Shown here piece by piece: positions 58,542-64,000 of a DNA stretch of 64,000 nt. The notes below the pieces were generated by a model. It made no database searches. It was not told the origin of the DNA and worked only from the letters and a program-made list of their open reading frames with translations. The stretch covers positions 97,333 through 161,332 of the forward strand of contig JAPPLW010000099.1 of the NCBI GenBank assembly GCA_028819345.1, written 5' to 3'. Position 1 is the first letter of the stretch. Each line of letters opens with the position of its first letter. The position numbers were made by a program, and so were the translations under genes. This DNA is from a bacterium. Lineage in GTDB: Bacteria > Actinomycetota > Acidimicrobiia > Spongiisociales > ZC4RG35.

Positions 58542-60038
58542 TCAACCGCCGGCGGCGTCATCGGTCCTCAGCGCCCCCACCGACACGTCGCTGACCGGGT
58601 TCCACAGCATCCAACCCAGGTCAAACCCCTCCGCGGCGTCGATGGAAGATCGCACCTGGGAGTCCCGGTATCCGAAGTCCTGCAGCCAGGGACGGATCAC
58701 CACCCCGGTGTGCACCCGGGCAACGGCATCCGCCAGGGCCTGGTTGACCACCTCACCCGGGTGGTCGTTGGGCTGCTCGAAGCCGAACCATCCGCTGTCA
58801 TAGTGGCTGGGATACAGCATGGGCGAAACGACGTCCAGGGTCTCGGTGATCTTCTCCCACTGCTGGCCGATGCCGCCGTCATCGGGAACGGTCGTCAAGA
58901 ACCCGAAGATGTCGGCCGCCACCGCGCACCCCATCGGCCACAGCAGAGCGCGGGCCTCCTCCAGGAAGGAGGTGATGGCGGCCACCCGCGAGTCCGGGTC
59001 GATCGGTCCGTCAAAGGTGGCGGAAGGACGGCGGGAGTCGGGGAATCGTATGTAGTCGAATTGAATCTCGTCCACCCCCAATTCGCAGGCTTCCACCGCC
59101 AGTTCCAGCGCATATGCCCGGGCATCGGGATCCGTGGGATCCAGGAAGAACTGATTGCCCTGCTGGTAGGGCCGGTCGTTATAGGCGTCCCACACCGCCA
59201 TGGTGGGACGCTTCACGCTGGCGGTGGGATCCTGGAACGCCACGATCCTGCCGATCAGATAGATGTCTCTCTTCTCGAGGGATTCGGCGATCCCGGCCAA
59301 GTCGTACTCGGGATAGACGGCTCCCACCTCCCGGGCCGCTTCGACCTGGGAGTTGTAGAAGATCAACCCGGTCTCGTCCTTCAGGTCCAACATCACCCCG
59401 TTCAGTTCGGTCTCATCCACCAGCCTCACCATGGCGTCCCACTGCTGACGGTCCCCAGCTGCCGTTCCTGAAACGTGCACGGCCTTCACCACCAGGGGAT
59501 TGATAATCACATCGGCGTCTCCCGGGCCTCCATCCCACTCGTATTGGGCGCCCACCCAGGCGGGTCGGGTCACCAGCACCTCGCCCTGTTCCACCCCTTC
59601 CAGCAGGAACCGCCCATCGGGGTCGGTAACCGTGCTGACCGGCCCGGAGCTAACCAGTGCTCCCTCGACGGGAATCTGGCCCAAGTCGGTCACCCTTCCC
59701 CGCAGGGTCCTCGGCTTGAGGTGAACAGTCATCGATTCCTGGGCCGGGCCGGCAACCGTAACCGTCTTTTGCAGGTGGCCGGGTGAGACCAACACGTAAC
59801 GGCGGCCATCGGAGACCCACTCCAGTTCGACTCCCCCGTCCAGGTCGGTGATCCCCACCACCTGCCCGCCCTGGATGACCGTCACGTCTCCCATGGGCTG
59901 ACCATTCCCATCCAGCGCGTAGAGGGTGAAAGGCTGATCATCGCGAAAGATCAGCCAAGCCATCCAAAACACCCAACCGATGGTGACCAGGGTCAAAACC
60001 CTGCGTGCCCAGAGTCTGCGCCACGACATGTCCGACAA
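58542..60038 (-). CDS. Membrane-anchored putative glycoside hydrolase (DUF4015-like) with N-terminal beta-sandwich domains
   Basis: N-terminal TM; LRGRVTD...TDPDGRF repeats; DLKDETG, RIVAFQD, DEIQFDYIRFP, GIGQ, SPMLYPSHY, RPWLQDF. Confidence 0.82.
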   Translation of the reverse strand: MSDMSWRRLWARRVLTLVTIGWVFWMAWLIFRDDQPFTLYALDGNGQPMGDVTVIQGGQVVGITDLDGGVELEWVSDGRRYVLVSPGHLQKTVTVAGPAQESMTVHLKPRTLRGRVTDLGQIPVEGALVSSGPVSTVTDPDGRFLLEGVEQGEVLVTRPAWVGAQYEWDGGPGDADVIINPLVVKAVHVSGTAAGDRQQWDAMVRLVDETELNGVMLDLKDETGLIFYNSQVEAAREVGAVYPEYDLAGIAESLEKRDIYLIGRIVAFQDPTASVKRPTMAVWDAYNDRPYQQGNQFFLDPTDPDARAYALELAVEACELGVDEIQFDYIRFPDSRRPSATFDGPIDPDSRVAAITSFLEEARALLWPMGCAVAADIFGFLTTVPDDGGIGQQWEKITETLDVVSPMLYPSHYDSGWFGFEQPNDHPGEVVNQALADAVARVHTGVVIRPWLQDFGYRDSQVRSSIDAAEGFDLGWMLWNPVSDVSVGALRTDDAAGG

Positions 60039-60071
60039 CCGAGATTAGGTACTTCTCTAAGGTATGTCCCC

Positions 60072-60347
60072 ATGTTCGGTTTCCTGCTGTCGGTGTTGAT
60101 AGCCGCCCTGGCCGGGGGCATCGGCGCCCGGCTGGCCGGCAGACGCTCCACGGGGTGCTGGGCCTCCATCGCCCTGGGTTGGATCGGCTCTCTGCTCGGA
60201 ACCTGGCTGGCGGGTCTCCTTGGTTGGCCCACCATCTGGGAGATACAGGGATTCCCCGTGGTGTGGGCGATAGTCGGCGCGGCCCTGTTCGTGGCGGTGC
60301 TCAACCTGCTTAGCGGGCAAGGTACCCGCCGACAGCCCCCTCCGTGA
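60072..60347 (+). CDS. GlsB/YeaQ/YmgE (transglycosylase-associated) small membrane protein
   Basis: Three Gly-rich TM helices, ALGWIGSLLG, WAIVGA. Confidence 0.8.
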   Translation: MFGFLLSVLIAALAGGIGARLAGRRSTGCWASIALGWIGSLLGTWLAGLLGWPTIWEIQGFPVVWAIVGAALFVAVLNLLSGQGTRRQPPP

Positions 60348-60369
60348 ATCCCGGCAGCGCCGCGACGGC

Positions 60370-61785
60370 TCAGCCGATCGCGCCCGCCTCGGCCATGTTC
60401 AACTCGATTAGCCGGTTCATCTCGACCGCATACTCCATCGGGAGTTCCTTCACGATCGGCTCGATGAACCCGGCCACCACCATGGATGTGGCCTGGTCCT
60501 CGGAGAGACCCCGGCTCATCAGGTAGAACAGTTGCTCCTCTCCCACCTTGGAGACGGTGGCCTCATGGCCGATCTCGGCGTCGTTCTCCTCGATCTCCAT
60601 GTAGGGATAGGTGTCGGACCGGGAGTCCTCATCGAGAATCAACGCGTCGCAGCGGACGAAGCTCTTCGACCGCTCCGCGCCGGGCTCAACTCTCACCAGG
60701 CCCCGGTACCCCGCCCGGCCCCCCGCCCGGGAAATGGACTTGGAGACGATGGTGGAAGTGGTGTCGGGAGCGACATGCACCATCTTGGCGCCGGCGTCCT
60801 GGTGCTGTCCGGAGTTGGCGAAGGCGATTGACAACACCTCTCCGTGGGCTCCCGGCTCCATCAGCCATACAGCCGGATACTTCATGGTCAGCTTGGATCC
60901 TATGTTCCCGTCCACCCATTCCATGGTGGCGTCCCCGTAAGCGGCCGCCCGCTTGGTGACCAGGTTGTAGACGTTGTTCGACCAGTTCTGGATGGTGGTG
61001 TAACGACAACGGCCACCCCGAAGGACAATGATCTCCACCACCGCCGAATGGAGGGAGTCGGTGGTGTAGACAGGCGCCGAGCAACCTTCCACGTAGTGGC
61101 AGTAGGCGCCCTCGTCAACAATGATCAGGGTGCGTTCGAACTGGCCCATGTTCTCGGAGTTGATCCTGAAATAGGCCTGAAGGGGCTGTTCGACATGAAC
61201 GCCGGGCGGTACATAGATGAAAGAACCGCCCGACCAGACCGCCGAGTTCAGGGCGGCGAACTTGTTGTCGTTGGGGGGGATCACGGTCCCGAAGTACTTC
61301 TTGACCAGGTCGGGATACTCCCGTACCGCGGTGTCCATGTCGCAGAAGAGCACCCCCATCTCCTCGAGGTCCTCCCGGTTACGGTGATACACGACCTCGG
61401 ACTCGTACTGGGCGGTCACCCCGGCCAGGAACTTCCGCTCCGCCTCGGGGATACCCAACTTCTCATAGGTCTCCTTGATCTCATCGGGGACCATGTCCCA
61501 GGTGTGAGCCTGCTCCTCGGTGGGCTTGACGTAGTAGTAGATGTCGTCGAAGTCGATGTCGTTGAGCAGACCTCCCCCGCCCCAGGTGGGAATAGGCCTG
61601 GCCAGAAACCGCTTATAGGCGCGGAGCCGGAAGGAGAGCATCCACTCCGGTTCCTCTTTCATGGCCGACATCTGCCGGATTATCTCTTCTGACAGCCCTT
61701 TCTGAGGCTTGAAGACGTAGTCGTCCTCCGAATCGCGCCATCCCAGCTTGTAGGCGCCAAGATCGATATCAACGGTTGCCACCAC
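60370..61785 (-). CDS. sufB: Fe-S cluster assembly protein SufB
   Basis: [63 protein letters not shown]. Confidence 0.97.
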   Translation of the reverse strand: MVATVDIDLGAYKLGWRDSEDDYVFKPQKGLSEEIIRQMSAMKEEPEWMLSFRLRAYKRFLARPIPTWGGGGLLNDIDFDDIYYYVKPTEEQAHTWDMVPDEIKETYEKLGIPEAERKFLAGVTAQYESEVVYHRNREDLEEMGVLFCDMDTAVREYPDLVKKYFGTVIPPNDNKFAALNSAVWSGGSFIYVPPGVHVEQPLQAYFRINSENMGQFERTLIIVDEGAYCHYVEGCSAPVYTTDSLHSAVVEIIVLRGGRCRYTTIQNWSNNVYNLVTKRAAAYGDATMEWVDGNIGSKLTMKYPAVWLMEPGAHGEVLSIAFANSGQHQDAGAKMVHVAPDTTSTIVSKSISRAGGRAGYRGLVRVEPGAERSKSFVRCDALILDEDSRSDTYPYMEIEENDAEIGHEATVSKVGEEQLFYLMSRGLSEDQATSMVVAGFIEPIVKELPMEYAVEMNRLIELNMAEAGAIG

Positions 61786-61860
61786 TCACCTCTTCATTGC
61801 GCTAGACCGTTGGTCCCAATGGTAACACCCGTCCAGAAAAAGCACATCCCGGTTGGCTTT

Positions 61861-64000
61861 TTAAGGTGCGGTGGAAGCAGCTAAGGGAAGGATTGGCGTC
61901 AGAGGTACGCGGCGGGCCGCCTCCAGCACCCAAAACCTGGGCGCCTCACGGGACCAGGCGCCCAGGATTCTCTCCGCCAATGGGCTGTGGGTGTGCTGGA
62001 GATGCAGGCTCACCAGACGACGGATCTCCTCGGCATCCTGGCCGGTCGGCCGCCGCACCGCCGGAGACGTGTCGGCCAGATAGCCGTGCAGGCAGAACTC
62101 GGGGTCCCACACATAGCTCACTCCGCCCGTCATTCCCGCGGCGAAGTTGGCGCCCACCGGACCCAGGATCAACGCCCTCCCCCCCGTCATGTACTCGCAT
62201 CCGTGGTCCGAACACCCTTCCACCACCGCCGTCCCACCCGAGTTGCGCACCGCAAACCGCTGACCCACCGCCCCCGCCATGAGCAGGAGGCCCCCGGTGG
62301 CGCCGTACATGACGGCATTGCCGCCGGCTTGGGGAGGAACCTCCGGGTGGTCGGAGTTTCGGCGGGGAACCACCACTATCCGCCCTCCCCCCATGCCCTT
62401 TCCCACATAGTCGTTGGCGACGCCGTCCAGACGAAGGGAAATACCGGGAGCCAGCCAGGCGCCGAAACTCTGCCCCGCCGTACCGGACAGCATCACCGAA
62501 ACCGACCCCTCCGGCAACCCCTCCGCGCCGTAGCGGGCGGTGACCATCCCCGACAGCCGGGCGCCGACGGTGCGGTCCGTGTTGGAAATCGGGTACGACA
62601 GCCGGACGGGAACTTCACTCTCGATTGCCTCCGCCGCCTCGGCGGCCAACCGCCGCGAGAGCCTGGAGACCGCGAAAGGCCGGTACCCGGGATGACGGGA
62701 GTGCGAGTCGAATCGGACCAGCAACTCCTCCAGGCTGGCTGCGAGTGGATGGTCCACAGGCGCCAGCAGATCGGACCTGCCCACCAACTCTTCGAGGGTT
62801 CTGGCGCCCAGCAGCGCCAGGTAGCGTCTCACCTCCTCGGCCAGCATCCGAAAGACCGACACCACCTGGTCGACCTCCCCTGCGTACCGGGTCCGAAGGT
62901 CCTCCCGCTGGGTGGCAATTCCCACCGGACAGGTGTTGAGATGGCACTGGCGTACCATCTTGCATCCCAGCGCCAGAAGGGGCAGGGTACCGAACCCGAA
63001 ACGGTCGGCTCCCAACAGGGCGGCTATCACCACATCCCGACCGGTGCGCAGCCCTCCGTCGGTCTCCAGTTCCACCTCTCCCCGCAATCCGTTGATGGAC
63101 AGGGTCTGATGAGCCTCGGCCAGACCCAACTCCCAAGGCGACCCGGCGTGCTTGATCGATTCGAGCGGCGAGGCGCCGGTGCCGCCCTCCGTCCCGGAGA
63201 TGAGGATCACATCAGCTCTGGCTTTCACCACTCCAGCCGCAATGGTGCCCACTCCCGGTTCGGAGACCAGCTTGACCGAGACCCTGGCCGACGGCTTGAA
63301 GGTCTTGAGGTCATAGATGAGCTGAGCCAGGTCCTCGATCGAATAGATGTCGTGATGCGGGGGCGGGGAGATGAGAGTCACTCCCGGTTTGGTGTGCCGG
63401 AGCCGGGCGATCTCCGGAGAGACCTTGTGCCCGGGCAACTGGCCTCCCTCCCCCGGCTTGGACCCCTGCGCCATCTTGATCTGCAACTCCCTGGCCGAGT
63501 AGAGGTAGCCGGGAGTGACGCCGAACCGGCCGCTCGCCACCTGCTTTATGGAGGAGTTGCGTGGGGTACCGTAGCGGTCGGTGCCCTCCCCTCCCTCCCC
63601 GGAGTTGGAGTGGCCCCCGATCCGGTTCATGGCCTCCGCCAGTGCTTCGTGCGCCTCCTTGGAGAGGGCTCCATGAGACATCGCCGAGGTGACGAAGCGG
63701 CGCATGATCGACTCGGCCGGCTCAACCTCCGACAGCAGGACCGGAGTCCTCTCCACGAAGGTGCACAGGTCGCGGATGTGGGTGACGGGCCGCTGCTGGA
63801 TCGTTTCCAGATAGCGGTCCCAGTCGTCCTGGTTCCCGGATCGGGCCGCCCTGTGCAGAGCCAGAACCACCCTGGGACTGGTGACGTGGAACTCTCCCCC
63901 ACCGCGTTGTTTGTAGAAGCCGCCTGTCAACTCGCCACCCACCGAGTAGCGCGAATGCAACCGGAGGGTGTTCCATGCGAGGTGATCGAAACCGCGGCCG
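61861..64000 (-). CDS. gltB: Glutamate synthase large subunit, 3' part (5' end outside the window)
   Basis: AMSHGALS, SNSGEGGE, KQVASGRFGV, KPGEGGQLPG, ISPPPHHDIYSIEDLAQLI, CHLNTCPVG, NDYVGKG, RFAVRNSG; frame open to the edge. Confidence 0.95.
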   Translation of the reverse strand, partial: GRGFDHLAWNTLRLHSRYSVGGELTGGFYKQRGGGEFHVTSPRVVLALHRAARSGNQDDWDRYLETIQQRPVTHIRDLCTFVERTPVLLSEVEPAESIMRRFVTSAMSHGALSKEAHEALAEAMNRIGGHSNSGEGGEGTDRYGTPRNSSIKQVASGRFGVTPGYLYSARELQIKMAQGSKPGEGGQLPGHKVSPEIARLRHTKPGVTLISPPPHHDIYSIEDLAQLIYDLKTFKPSARVSVKLVSEPGVGTIAAGVVKARADVILISGTEGGTGASPLESIKHAGSPWELGLAEAHQTLSINGLRGEVELETDGGLRTGRDVVIAALLGADRFGFGTLPLLALGCKMVRQCHLNTCPVGIATQREDLRTRYAGEVDQVVSVFRMLAEEVRRYLALLGARTLEELVGRSDLLAPVDHPLAASLEELLVRFDSHSRHPGYRPFAVSRLSRRLAAEAAEAIESEVPVRLSYPISNTDRTVGARLSGMVTARYGAEGLPEGSVSVMLSGTAGQSFGAWLAPGISLRLDGVANDYVGKGMGGGRIVVVPRRNSDHPEVPPQAGGNAVMYGATGGLLLMAGAVGQRFAVRNSGGTAVVEGCSDHGCEYMTGGRALILGPVGANFAAGMTGGVSYVWDPEFCLHGYLADTSPAVRRPTGQDAEEIRRLVSLHLQHTHSPLAERILGAWSREAPRFWVLEAARRVPLTPILPLAASTAP

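Noticed and set aside
1-64000. tRNA, rRNA, IS elements, integrases, prophage or defence systems
   Set aside because: None recognised on either strand; intergenic gaps are short and lack cloverleaf or terminal-repeat signatures

Overview
High-GC bacterial chromosomal segment. The gene set (WhiB, F420-dependent LLM enzyme, DivIVA-domain protein, family-5 UDG, many apparently leaderless genes) points to Actinomycetota, probably Acidimicrobiia. A Sup-type polyketide synthase suggests a marine sponge symbiont (inference). Most of the window is housekeeping: whiB, sdhCAB, fabD-fabH-fabG-acpP, ilvD, ilvBNC-leuA/leuB with an ilvB leader-peptide attenuator, queG, fpg, fumC, a Suf Fe-S system split over three loci with two sufC copies, and the 3' part of gltB. 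I saw no rRNA, tRNA, CRISPR array, integrase or transposase. The most unusual items are: (1) a Sup-type PKS whose KS-AT breaks off inside the AT domain and continues in frame into the C-terminus of a permease bearing a degenerate RsbW/GHKL-like domain, flanked by two paralogous FHSxS alpha/beta-hydrolases; (2) a ClpX-type C4 zinc finger fused to a catalytically degenerate HutI-like amidohydrolase, heading a translationally coupled operon with a GDPD and a Wzm/Wzt exporter; (3) duplicated SufC in a fragmented suf system; (4) recurrent CTG start codons and an uncalled small ORF. All calls come from reading motifs by eye; no database searches were run.
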